Below are positions 1-9,246 of a DNA stretch of 56,966 nt, one piece after another. The notes beneath the pieces were generated by a model, which saw only the letters and a program-made list of their open reading frames with translations, had not been told where the DNA came from and ran no database searches. The stretch comes from Gemmatimonadales bacterium (GTDB lineage Bacteria > Gemmatimonadota > Gemmatimonadetes > Gemmatimonadales > GWC2-71-9). Numbering within the stretch: the stretch's first letter is position 1; each line of letters opens with the position of its first letter. Made by a program: the position numbers and the translations under genes. The stretch spans positions 1 through 56,966 of the forward strand of contig JBFJCP010000028.1 in NCBI GenBank assembly GCA_041615815.1, given 5' to 3'.

Positions 1-34
1 CGGGGAATCCCCGCGCCGCCCGATCCGCATGTTT

Positions 35-2683
35 CTACCACCGACCGTGCTTCTGGAGCATTTCACGAAACCGCGGATCGCTCCGGATGGGATCGAACCG
101 CGGATCCAGATCGATCGTGTGAACAGATCCGTTGCCGGGCGCAGACAGAAACCGGTCGAGCCACTGCACGGCTGGACCTGCCTGTCCGAGCTGCGCGTGG
201 ATGAGGGCCATCCCAAAGACGTTGTAGCTTCCGTTCAGCGCGTCCTTCTCCGGGGGCATGATCTGGAGCGAGCGCTCTCCCGCGCGGACCGCCTCGTCGG
301 TTCGACCCAGCCCCGCATACGCCAAGCCGAGCGCCCGGTGATACCGATCGTCATCGTCGTGGTCGGTGAGCTGGGACATGATGGTGTCGGCGGCGCGCTG
401 AAAGGCCAGCCGCGCCTGCTCGTCCTGTCCGGCCGCGGCATGGGTCCATCCTGAGTACAAAGGCTGGGGAATGATCCAGTACTGCGTGAAGGCCGGTTCC
501 AGCTCCGGCTCGTCGAGCAGGGCGGTGGCGGCTTGCCAATCTCCCTCGACCAGCTCGAGCCACCAACTGGTGTGCAAGGCGGGAGTCGGAAGTCGCTCCA
601 GCGCTTCCCGTAGCCCTGTGATATCTCCGTCGCGGAGTACAAACAGGCGCGCCTTGTAGAATCGTACCCTCTCGTTGCTCGGGTCCAGTTCGAGCACACG
701 ATCAAAATACGCGTCCGCCTCGTCGTACCGTCTCAGGTAACGCAGGGAGATGCCGAGTTCCAGGACAGGTGCGACCCCGCGCGGATTCAACGCTTGGGCT
801 CGCTCCAGCGACCGGAGCGCGTCGTCCCACCGTCCTAACCGCCGCTGGACAAACGCGGTCTGGATTGCATGTGCATAGTCACCGCGCAGGCCTCGCTCGG
901 CCTGGCGGTACGCCCGGAGCGCGCCCTCGAAATCTTTTTCGACGGCGTAAAGGTAGCGTCCGAGCGCAAAGTGGACGTCCGGCAGATCCGGATCGACCTG
1001 CGCCGCGCGGTCGATCGCACCCTTGGCCAAGCGCGCACGTTCATCGGACCGATCGATTCCAAATTGATAGGCCAGCATGTGCGCGGCGGCGAGCCCAAGG
1101 TGGGCCGGGATGAAGTCGGGGTCCTCGTCGATGGCCTCGGTGAAGAGCCGACTCGCCGCCTCATACCTGTCTAGCTGAAGGACATCTTGGAGCGTGCTCC
1201 ATCCCTGTAACAGACGATCGTAGGCCGTGAGACTCTGCGTACTCGACTTCACGATCCGGGCTCGCTCCTCTGCGGAGATGGCCGCGCGTAATGCGCTTGC
1301 CACGGCCTCCGAGATATCGCTCTGAATATCGAACAGTTCCTGCGCGGTCAGCTCGCGGTCATACGTCTCACCCCACAGGTGCCCTTCACCCACGGCGTCG
1401 ATCAGCTGTACGTTGACGCGCACCCGCTGGCCAGAGCGCTGCACGCCCCCCTCGAGGAGATACTCGACCCCCAGCTCCGCACCGATCTCACGGACGTCCT
1501 TCGGTGTTTCCCGATACTCTTCGACCGACGTTCGCGAGATCGTCCTGAGGCCCGAGATCTTGGAGAGCCGCGTGAGCAGCTCGTCGTGGATTCCATCGGT
1601 GAAGTAGCGATCTTCCTCTCGTCCACTGCGGTTTGCGAACGGCAACACCGCCACCGAGGGTCGCTCGTCCACGAGGCCGATGCCCGTGCTCGCCTCTCGC
1701 GAGGAATCCGGTGATTTCCAGACGGTCTGCCAGGCAACGAGCGCCAAGAGGGCAACAGCCGTGATGGCCACGGCACTCCAAATCCGCGTCGCACGCCGAG
1801 CCTGAGCGGGCTCTCTCGCGGGCTTTGCCCATTGCGTGCGCTCGGAAGCGATGTCAGCAAGGGCATCACTGAAGTCCCGGCACGTGGCGAATCGATCCGC
1901 CGGATCCTTGGCCAGCGCCTTTCCCAACGTCACGACTACCGTCTCCGGAACGGTTGGACGCAGCGCGGTCACCGACGGCGGCTCCGTTGTGAGGTGCTGC
2001 CGCACGACGCTTTCGAGCGTGGGGCCGGTGAACGGGGGCTCCCCCGCCAACGACTCGTACAACACGCAGCCGAGCGCGTAGACGTCACTCCGACCGTCCA
2101 GTTCTCCGTCGCCCGCCGCCTGCTCCGGACTCATGTACTCCGGTGTCCCGACGATGAGGCCCGTCTCCGTCAATCGTTCGGTGCTCGCGGCGCTTACCGC
2201 GCGGGCAATGCCGAAATCGCTCACCACGGCGTGACCGGCTTCGAGCAGGATGTTCTCTGGCTTGATGTCCCGGTGCACGATTTCCCGCTGGTGCGCGTAA
2301 TCGAGCGCGTCTGCCACCTCGCGAACGATCCGCACGGCGTCCTCGACAGGTAGCCGCTTGTCGCGATTGACGCGATCGCGCAGCGACTCCCCCTCGACGT
2401 AGGGCATGACGTAGTAGAGAAACCCTTCGGCCTCACCCGAGTCGTGCAGGGTGAGGATGTGGGGATGCTCGAGGCGCGCGGTGAGCTTGATTTCCTGGAG
2501 GAATCGGTCACTGCCGATGGCCGCGGCGAGATCGGGACGCAGCACCTTGATGGCGACCTTGCGTTCGAGCTTCAGGTCCTCCGCCAGATAGACCGTCGCC
2601 ATTCCGCCGCGTCCGAGCTCGCGCTCGAGGCGGTAGCGGGTCCCAAGGGCCCCGTGAAGACGTTCGAGTTGGTCAGGCGACAT
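35..2683 (-). CDS. Ser/Thr protein kinase (Hanks type) with TM segment, TolB-like N-terminal motif and TPR repeats
   Basis: Kinase motifs LGRGGMATVY, VAIK, HRDIKPEN, DFG, GTPEYMSPE; TM helix IWSAVAITAVALLALVAW; SVAVLPFAN...YFTDGIHDELL motif; helical repeats ending DPRFDPIRSDPRF. Confidence 0.93.
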   Translation of the reverse strand: MSPDQLERLHGALGTRYRLERELGRGGMATVYLAEDLKLERKVAIKVLRPDLAAAIGSDRFLQEIKLTARLEHPHILTLHDSGEAEGFLYYVMPYVEGESLRDRVNRDKRLPVEDAVRIVREVADALDYAHQREIVHRDIKPENILLEAGHAVVSDFGIARAVSAASTERLTETGLIVGTPEYMSPEQAAGDGELDGRSDVYALGCVLYESLAGEPPFTGPTLESVVRQHLTTEPPSVTALRPTVPETVVVTLGKALAKDPADRFATCRDFSDALADIASERTQWAKPAREPAQARRATRIWSAVAITAVALLALVAWQTVWKSPDSSREASTGIGLVDERPSVAVLPFANRSGREEDRYFTDGIHDELLTRLSKISGLRTISRTSVEEYRETPKDVREIGAELGVEYLLEGGVQRSGQRVRVNVQLIDAVGEGHLWGETYDRELTAQELFDIQSDISEAVASALRAAISAEERARIVKSSTQSLTAYDRLLQGWSTLQDVLQLDRYEAASRLFTEAIDEDPDFIPAHLGLAAAHMLAYQFGIDRSDERARLAKGAIDRAAQVDPDLPDVHFALGRYLYAVEKDFEGALRAYRQAERGLRGDYAHAIQTAFVQRRLGRWDDALRSLERAQALNPRGVAPVLELGISLRYLRRYDEADAYFDRVLELDPSNERVRFYKARLFVLRDGDITGLREALERLPTPALHTSWWLELVEGDWQAATALLDEPELEPAFTQYWIIPQPLYSGWTHAAAGQDEQARLAFQRAADTIMSQLTDHDDDDRYHRALGLAYAGLGRTDEAVRAGERSLQIMPPEKDALNGSYNVFGMALIHAQLGQAGPAVQWLDRFLSAPGNGSVHTIDLDPRFDPIRSDPRFREMLQKHGRW

Positions 2684-2822
2684 GGCGCAGCTCTCGGTCC
2701 CGGCTCTCTAGAATACGGCGTAGGGAGGCGGGTGGCCAACCAGTCGGGATCGTCCATCCCGCCTACGCCCAAAAGTGACGAATGTCGCGGCGCAAATCCC
2801 CATGTGACTTCAACTTGGCTCA

Positions 2823-3281
2823 ATGCAGGATACCGACGGCAGCCGCGACCAGGTCCGGACACTGCTCAATGCTCGCACGGGCGAGCGCCGCATTCCGGCG
2901 GACGCGTTCAGTGTGCTCGTGGTGGATGACGAGGCTTACCAACGGGAGGCGTTGATTCGCGTGTTCACGGGAGCCGGTCTCGCCGTCCTCGCGGTGCCGA
3001 GTGCCATGGACGCCTTCGAGGCCCTGCGCGTCCGAAACTATCGCGCGATCGTCTGCGACATCGGCATGCCCGACCAGAGTGGCCTCACGTTCTACGCCCA
3101 GCTGGAAGAGCGGTTTCCCAACATGGCAGCCCGCGTGGTGTTCGTGACCGCGCATGCGGGCAATCCCGACATCCGCGCCACGCTCGAGCGTACCGGCCAG
3201 CCGTTCTTCCCAAAGCCGTACGACGTGAACGAGTTGGTGAAGACCGTAAAATTGGTGGTTCGGAAGCCGTTCTATAGCTGA
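2823..3281 (+). CDS. Stand-alone response regulator receiver (CheY-like)
   Basis: VLVVDDE, phosphoacceptor IVCDIGMPD, FVTA, FFPKPY; no output domain. Confidence 0.85.
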   Translation: MQDTDGSRDQVRTLLNARTGERRIPADAFSVLVVDDEAYQREALIRVFTGAGLAVLAVPSAMDAFEALRVRNYRAIVCDIGMPDQSGLTFYAQLEERFPNMAARVVFVTAHAGNPDIRATLERTGQPFFPKPYDVNELVKTVKLVVRKPFYS

Positions 3282-3667
3282 CGCGCTGCTGGGCTCACCG
3301 CGCCCCGCAACACAAGTCCCCTGCGACAGGTCCCACACGTCACGTCATGGGGTGGATGCCATTTCGACGGAAGTTCGAACGACTGATCCGCACCACAGTC
3401 CGGACAGACCCCGGTCGCACCGTGCGCCATTACCTGGGTGCCGAACCGATGCACGAAGAGATAGAGCCCGAATAGCAGCAGTCCCGGCACGAGCAAAAAG
3501 TGGGCGATGGGGATGAACGCGCTCGCCGCCGCTGCACCCCATGCCATAGCCAGTCCCTGGAATGCGCGGCGCAGTCTTCGTCGCCGATCAAACTGGTCCA
3601 CGGTGACCGTTGCCATCGTTGGGCGATCGCTGTAACCAGCCAGAGTCGCTGGAATCGTCTCCCGCAT
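3272..3667 (-). CDS. Hypothetical 2-TM membrane protein with C-terminal Zn-ribbon
   Basis: Hydrophobic hairpin (AMAWGAAAASAFIPIAHFLLVPGLLLFGLYLF) followed by CPDC...CGTC; GGAG SD upstream; 36 nt downstream of the ATP-grasp gene. Confidence 0.75.
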   Translation of the reverse strand: MRETIPATLAGYSDRPTMATVTVDQFDRRRRLRRAFQGLAMAWGAAAASAFIPIAHFLLVPGLLLFGLYLFVHRFGTQVMAHGATGVCPDCGADQSFELPSKWHPPHDVTCGTCRRGLVLRGAVSPAARQL

Positions 3668-3703
3668 CTTCGCTCCTCCCGATGGAACCCAGCGACTACG
3701 GCG

Positions 3704-4939
3704 TCACGCGATCTCGAACTCCAAATACGCATGCGCGGCGCGGAGTGCTGCCTCGGCGTCCGCGGGATCCTGGCAACGAGCAAAAATGAAACCCAGATAA
3801 CCCGACTCGTCCGGCAAGGGCACGAGCCGTTGCCCACGATGCGCGGTGATGACTACGCCGGTGACATGCGGAACCCCGTTGGCCTTTTCGATGCCCTTAA
3901 CGGCCCGGAATACGCCGGGCCCGGGTTTGGGGATCATCATGACGCCGGCGGCCCCGTGGGCGCGGGCCGGCACGTGCGCCAGCTGCTCCACCGCTTGACC
4001 AATGACCAGTTCCTCCAGCGATCGCTCTCCACCGTCCCCAAATCGGAGCACCTGCCCGCACTTCCCGCCAATCGGACGCGCCGCCAGCTCGATCAGCCAG
4101 GGACCGGTAGCGTTGTGGCGCAGCTCGATGTGCACGGGTCCACGATGAAGCCCGAGTGCGGCAGTGGCAGCATTGGCACAGACGACGAGCGTACGCTGTA
4201 CTGCCTCCGGCGCCCTCGAGGGTGTCACGTAGATCGTCTCCTCGAAGAACGGTCCCGCCAACGGATCCGGCTTGTCGAACAACGCCAGGACGTGGAGCTG
4301 GCCGCCCACCAGCAAACCCTCGAGCGCGAACTCCTGCCCAGGCACGTACGACTCCACGAGGTAATGCTGGGCTCGCGGGCCACGCTCTTGGACATCGGGC
4401 TGCGTCAGGATGTTGGCCAGGCGCCCGTGCGCCGCCAGAAACTCACTCGGGTCGTCCGCCCGTATCACTCCTCGACTCGCGGCAAGGGTCGTCGGTTTGA
4501 GCACGCAGGGGTACCGCGTCTCGTCGGCCACGGCCGCGGGAGGCTCGTCAATCGTGCGAAGGACGAAATCCGGTACGGGGACCCGGTGATCTCGTAGCGT
4601 ACGGCGCTGGAGATGCTTATCTCTCGCCGCGTCCATGGCGTGCACCGGGTTATGGGGAAGACCGAGCGCGCGGCTCACGACGGCGGCGACGAAGGCCGTG
4701 TCGTCGTCGATCCCCACCACGGCATCGACGGGGGTTCGCGCCGCGAACTCGGCGACGATGTCAGCGGCCCGCTCCGGCTGTTGAAAATCCAGCGTGAGCA
4801 ACCCCGTGGGTTCCCGCTGCGAGAACGCGCTGTCCCGTTCCGAGGCGACGGTGAGTTCCACACCCAATCGGAGCGCAGCTTCCACGAACGCCTCGGTGCG
4901 ATAGGTCGTCGTTGGGAGAAGCAGGAGGAGGCGGGTCAT
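3704..4939 (-). CDS. ATP-grasp domain protein (L-amino-acid-ligase-like)
   Basis: RDKHLQR, PCVLKP...ASRGV, LVESYVPGQEFALEG, IELAARPIGG. Start set at ATG 4939 (MTRLLLLLPTTTYR) because the longer ORF start reads through a 9-nt tandem repeat. Confidence 0.85.
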   Translation of the reverse strand: MTRLLLLLPTTTYRTEAFVEAALRLGVELTVASERDSAFSQREPTGLLTLDFQQPERAADIVAEFAARTPVDAVVGIDDDTAFVAAVVSRALGLPHNPVHAMDAARDKHLQRRTLRDHRVPVPDFVLRTIDEPPAAVADETRYPCVLKPTTLAASRGVIRADDPSEFLAAHGRLANILTQPDVQERGPRAQHYLVESYVPGQEFALEGLLVGGQLHVLALFDKPDPLAGPFFEETIYVTPSRAPEAVQRTLVVCANAATAALGLHRGPVHIELRHNATGPWLIELAARPIGGKCGQVLRFGDGGERSLEELVIGQAVEQLAHVPARAHGAAGVMMIPKPGPGVFRAVKGIEKANGVPHVTGVVITAHRGQRLVPLPDESGYLGFIFARCQDPADAEAALRAAHAYLEFEIA

Positions 4940-4944
4940 GCGAC

Positions 4945-5034
4945 AGGCGGGATAGGCGGGATAGGCGGGATGGATAAGATGGGCATTCCAGTTCGGTCCT
5001 TCAGGCAAACCGCGACATCCGGCTCATGCCCATC
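4945..5034. repeat. Intergenic 9-nt tandem repeat (AGGCGGGAT)x3 plus a 9-bp inverted repeat
   Basis: AGGCGGGAT at 4945, 4954 and 4963; GATGGGCAT (4978-4986) is the reverse complement of ATGCCCATC (5026-5034). Confidence 0.8.
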
Positions 5035-5047
5035 CCACCCGCGTCGC

Positions 5048-5662
5048 TTACTTACTCCCCGACGCAAAGTACGGATTCGTTCCTGCTGCGTGATCCGTGA
5101 TGTCCTTGACGGCCTGAAAGCCGGGAACCATCCGCCGGAGCGAGGCCTCGATGCCCTGCCGCAGCGTGACGTTTGCCATGCCGCATCCCTGGCATCCGCC
5201 GAGCATGCGAACGACGACCGTGCCGTCCTGGACATCCAGCAGTTCGACCTTCCCTCCGTGTTGCGCCACGGCTGGGTTGATCTGCTGGTCGAAGATGTCC
5301 AAGACGAAATCGTAGAGGTCGTCCTCCGAAGGAGCGGCGGCGGCGGCAGCGGCGCTGGGGAGGGAAGAAGCGGAAGATGACGAGGTCAGCTCCGCAATGC
5401 CCGCTTCCACGGCATAACGAACCTGGGGCTCCAGCTGGCTCCATTCGAGGCTTCCCGCCTGCAGGACCGTCAACTCGCTCCCGGAGACGGTGACTTCGCA
5501 GATAGCGGGGATGGAGAGTACCGCTCGCGCCACCGGTGAGTCTGCCGCCTCCTCCTCGGTGCGGTATGTCCGCGTGCCCGGCTTCTCGACTGGGCGGTCG
5601 AGCACCAGGCGGCACCTCAGCTCGTCGAGCGGCTGGGCGGTGACACGGACGGGGATGGTCAT
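5048..5662 (-). CDS. nfuA: NfuA/NifU-family Fe-S cluster carrier
   Basis: N-terminal Nfu scaffold-like domain, Ser/Ala linker, C-terminal INPAVAQHGG...GGCQGC...DITDHAAGTNPYF. Confidence 0.85.
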   Translation of the reverse strand: MTIPVRVTAQPLDELRCRLVLDRPVEKPGTRTYRTEEEAADSPVARAVLSIPAICEVTVSGSELTVLQAGSLEWSQLEPQVRYAVEAGIAELTSSSSASSLPSAAAAAAAPSEDDLYDFVLDIFDQQINPAVAQHGGKVELLDVQDGTVVVRMLGGCQGCGMANVTLRQGIEASLRRMVPGFQAVKDITDHAAGTNPYFASGSK

Positions 5663-5677
5663 GATCGTAGCTTAGCG

Positions 5678-5840
5678 AGGGGCGGAGGGAAATTGAAGGA
5701 GGGTGGGCGGAAGGAGCGCAAGGGTGGAAGCGGTGGAAGGGCATCGCGGAAGGGGACGCGGCCTCCTCGAACGGCCTCGTCTCCTTCCCGCCTCTTCCGC
5801 TCCTTCCGCTCCTTATTTCTACCGCCCTCCCTCTTCCGCC
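5678..5840. repeat. Degenerate 9-nt-period inverted repeat element (REP-like)
   Basis: Purine-rich arm of GCGGAAGGA-like units (e.g. 5707-5715) and pyrimidine-rich arm of TCCTTCCGC-like units (e.g. 5801-5809, the exact reverse complement). Confidence 0.65.
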
Positions 5841-8800
5841 TGCTGTGGCTTCTTCACCGGGAGCAGCACCGCAGGCACGTTCTTTGTCTGCACGAAGGCA
5901 TTGAACGCGGGTACGTCCGTCTCCACGATCGTATCGAAGCGATCGAGGTGAACCTGCAGCGCGGACGACAGCACTTCATACGTGGCGTACGCCTGCTGGG
6001 TCGGCTTGGCATCCACGCCATCCACGTACGTGGCGAGCGCGGCGAGCTTGTTGTTCAGCTTGATGGGGAAGTTCAGTGGATCCTGCCCACTTCGGTTCTT
6101 CACCTGGTAGATCTCAGCCTCGACGTCGCCCAAGCGCTCCTTGAGCCCGCGTGCGGCGCTGGAAATGGTGTCGGCGTCCGCGTGCCCGACCACGCGCTTC
6201 ACGACATCATCGAGCTGCGTCTTGATGTCACGAATCTGCTGCACCGCATCGTTCGCTTCGCTGACGCGGTCCCTGATTTGGGTCAAGAACGCAAATTGCT
6301 CTTGGAGATCGGCCAGGGTGGCGGGTGTGCGAGGGTCTTTGAGAAACTGAAAGCTCCGCGTCTGGGACCAGTCACCCACGCTGAGCCGCATTTGATACGT
6401 ACCTGGCACGGCCATGGGGCCAGAGCGGCGCGCACCCCACATGATCATGCCGGGGAAACGCGAAAAGCCTTCGTACCGCATGTCGACGACGAACTGGTTC
6501 ATCCCGGCCTCCGCCGGAACGGTGCTGGACTGCCCACCGCCAAAGAACGCCGCGAACGGACTCGGCTCTTCATCGTCCCCATCCCCACTGGTGAACGAAC
6601 GAATGACGGTGCCATCAACCGTCAACAACTCCAGGGTCACCGTCTCTTCGGGTTTGTCGCGAAAGAAGTACCGCACCACGGCGCCTTCCGGAGGATTGGG
6701 CGCGAACCCCGACCGCGTGGTACCGGCACTCCCACCGGTCAGACGATACGCATCACGAGGTTGGAACAGGTGCCGCTCCGCCGCCGCCACCTCCGCCGTC
6801 AACTGATGGAACGGTGTGACATCGTCCAGCACCCAGAACCCACGTCCGTGGGTTGCGATCACGACGTCCTTGTTCTTCACCTCGAGATCGTGAATGGGCG
6901 TGATGGGAAGATTGAGTCTGAGCGATTGCCAGCGAGCACCATCGTCGAACGACACGTAGACACCATATTCACCGCCAGCATACAGCAGTCCACGCCGATC
7001 CGGGTCTTCACGCACCACCCGGATAAAGTGATCGCTCGGAATACCGGTCACGATCTTTCGCCACGTCTTGCCGTAATCCGCGGTCTTATAGATGTAGGGA
7101 GCGAAGTCGTCCAGCTTGTAACGGGTGGCCGCCAGATAGGCCGTGCCCGGCTGGTGTTTCGATGCGTCGATGATGGAGACCAGCGCCCAATCGGGAAGGT
7201 CTCTCGGTGTCACATTCTCCCACGACTGCCCGCCGTTGCGCGTGATATGCACGAGGCCGTCGTCGGTTCCGGCCCACATGACGCCCGCGTCATGGGGCGA
7301 CGGTGCCAGGGCGAAGACGACGTCGTAATACTCGACGCTCGTGTTGTCCTTGGTGATGGGACCGCCCGACGCTGCTTGCTTGCTCTTGTCATTACGGGTG
7401 AGATCGGGACTGATCGTCTCCCAACTCTGCCCCTCGTCCATGCTGCGGTGGACGTGCTGTGAGGTCACATAGAGCACGTTGGGATCGTGAGGCGAGAGTA
7501 CGATGGGAAACGTCCACTGGAAACGGTACTTCAGGTCGGCCGCACCCCATCCCATGGGGTTCTCGGGCCAGACCATGACGCTCCGTCCCTGCCCCGTTGC
7601 CATGTCGAAGCGCTCGAGCTGCCCACCGTAACACCCGGCGTACGACACGTTGGTATTGGCGGGGTGCGTCGTGACGTATCCGCTCTCACACCCGCCGACG
7701 GAGTGGTAGCTCTGGACGCCGATCCCAAACCCGTCCGATCGGAAGGGCACGCAGATCGTGCTGTTGTCCTGCTGACCGCCACAGACTTTGTAATGGAAGT
7801 CGTTCGTGGTGGTGCCGTGATACATCTGGGCCGTGGGTTGGTTGTCCTGCGCCGTCCACGTCACGCCACTGTTGTAGGAAACGTTGGCACCGCCGTCGTT
7901 GCCGTTGATCATGCGCGTGGCGTCGCCCGGGTCAATCCACAGCGCATGATTGTCGCCGTGTGGGACCCGTATGGAGGAATATGTTTTGCCACCGTCTACC
8001 GATCGATAGAAGCCGGTGTTCAACACGTAGACGGTTTCACGATCTTGAGGATCGGCGTAGATGTGGGTGTAATACCAAGCCCGCTGGCGTAACCGTCGCT
8101 CGCTATTCACCATCGACCAGCTCCCCCCGCCATCGTCGGATCGGAAGACACCACCGTTCTCGTTCTCCACGATCGCCCACACCCGATTGGGGTCGGCTCC
8201 CGAAACCGTCACGCCGATCTTGCCGACGGTACCGGCCGGCAGTCCCTTGTTCCGCGTGATCTCCGTCCAGGTATCGCCGCCGTCGGTGGTCTTGAACAGT
8301 CCGCTGCCAGACCCCCCGCTCTCCATCCCCCAGGGGTAGCGACGGACCTGCCACAGCGCGGCATACATGATCCGGGGATTGCTGGGGTCGGCCGCGAGGC
8401 TGACAGCCCCGGTGTGTTCATCGCGATACAGGACCTTTTGCCAGCTCGCGCCGCCGTCTTTGGACCGGTACACGCCTCGGGTCTCATTGGGGCCAAAGAT
8501 GTGGCCGAGCACGGCGGCGTAGACCACGTCGGAGTTTTGCGGATGCACATGCAGGTGGGCGATCTGTCCGGCGTCCGCGAGCCCGATACGCGACCATGTC
8601 TTGCCGGCGTCGGTCGACTTCCACATGCCGTTTCCAGGAGACACGTTGCCCCGCGGCGGTTCTTCACCGGTCCCGACATACACCACGTTGGGGTCGGACG
8701 GCGCGACGGCGATGGCGCCGATGGACCCGGCCATGGTTGTGCTGTCGCTCATCGGGTCCCAGGTCATGCCGCCGTCCACCGTTTTCCAGACTCCGCCTCC

Positions 8801-9022
8801 GGTGGCACCGAAATAGTACGTGTGGGGCAGGCTGGGGACGCCGGCGAGCGCGGTCACCCGTCCGCCGCGGTACGGCCCGATGAAACGCCAGGTGAGGGCC
8901 TCGAACAAGGTGGAATCGTACTGCGCTTGGGCTTGCGCCGGTGCGGGCGTCACGGCGAGGGCGGTACCGACCGTGACACCGCCGAGCATCAGTGCGCGGA
9001 GCGAGAGGGGACGTCGGAACAT
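5819..9022 (-). CDS. Secreted VPS10/sortilin-like BNR-repeat beta-propeller protein (usually annotated as glycosyl hydrolase), paralogue 1
   Basis: Signal peptide; WRFIGPYRGGRV; repeated Asp-box motifs (S/T)xDGGx(T/S)W; GGQQDN; RFQWTFP; ISPDLT; C-terminal helical region. Confidence 0.88.
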   Translation of the reverse strand: MFRRPLSLRALMLGGVTVGTALAVTPAPAQAQAQYDSTLFEALTWRFIGPYRGGRVTALAGVPSLPHTYYFGATGGGVWKTVDGGMTWDPMSDSTTMAGSIGAIAVAPSDPNVVYVGTGEEPPRGNVSPGNGMWKSTDAGKTWSRIGLADAGQIAHLHVHPQNSDVVYAAVLGHIFGPNETRGVYRSKDGGASWQKVLYRDEHTGAVSLAADPSNPRIMYAALWQVRRYPWGMESGGSGSGLFKTTDGGDTWTEITRNKGLPAGTVGKIGVTVSGADPNRVWAIVENENGGVFRSDDGGGSWSMVNSERRLRQRAWYYTHIYADPQDRETVYVLNTGFYRSVDGGKTYSSIRVPHGDNHALWIDPGDATRMINGNDGGANVSYNSGVTWTAQDNQPTAQMYHGTTTNDFHYKVCGGQQDNSTICVPFRSDGFGIGVQSYHSVGGCESGYVTTHPANTNVSYAGCYGGQLERFDMATGQGRSVMVWPENPMGWGAADLKYRFQWTFPIVLSPHDPNVLYVTSQHVHRSMDEGQSWETISPDLTRNDKSKQAASGGPITKDNTSVEYYDVVFALAPSPHDAGVMWAGTDDGLVHITRNGGQSWENVTPRDLPDWALVSIIDASKHQPGTAYLAATRYKLDDFAPYIYKTADYGKTWRKIVTGIPSDHFIRVVREDPDRRGLLYAGGEYGVYVSFDDGARWQSLRLNLPITPIHDLEVKNKDVVIATHGRGFWVLDDVTPFHQLTAEVAAAERHLFQPRDAYRLTGGSAGTTRSGFAPNPPEGAVVRYFFRDKPEETVTLELLTVDGTVIRSFTSGDGDDEEPSPFAAFFGGGQSSTVPAEAGMNQFVVDMRYEGFSRFPGMIMWGARRSGPMAVPGTYQMRLSVGDWSQTRSFQFLKDPRTPATLADLQEQFAFLTQIRDRVSEANDAVQQIRDIKTQLDDVVKRVVGHADADTISSAARGLKERLGDVEAEIYQVKNRSGQDPLNFPIKLNNKLAALATYVDGVDAKPTQQAYATYEVLSSALQVHLDRFDTIVETDVPAFNAFVQTKNVPAVLLPVKKPQQAEEGGR

Positions 9023-9246
9023 CGGACGGTCTCCGTGGCTTCGGGGGTGATCCGATTGAAGAGGAACGTTCGGATGTTACCCCGGGAGCCGGGAGGCCGC
9101 CAGGACGGGGGGCGGTGAGCTGGGAGGGGAACCGGCAGTCTTGCGGCGTGCCGTCCCGTCGTTTCCTTATGGCGGAAGTAGCGGAAGAAGGTAGCCGAGC
9201 ACGAACACCGAACACCCAACCTCGCACGCACGCCAGGAGCCGAATC

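Noticed and set aside
4945..5840. CRISPR array
   Set aside because: The repeats are 9-nt tandem units without unique spacers, and no cas genes are in the window.
5693..7462. 589-aa plus-strand ORF, and similar long antisense ORFs at 12519-14609, 20136-21893, 25703-27238, 39346-40845 and 33128-34372
   Set aside because: Shadow frames opposite well-supported genes; high-GC codon bias suppresses antisense stops and the translations show no motifs.
8992..9246. Upstream extension of VPS10 paralogue 2 (similar over-long starts at 47827, 43736, 34006, 21838 and 5008)
   Set aside because: Downstream starts have SD sequences, signal peptides or stop-start coupling; the extensions overlap neighbouring genes or repeats.
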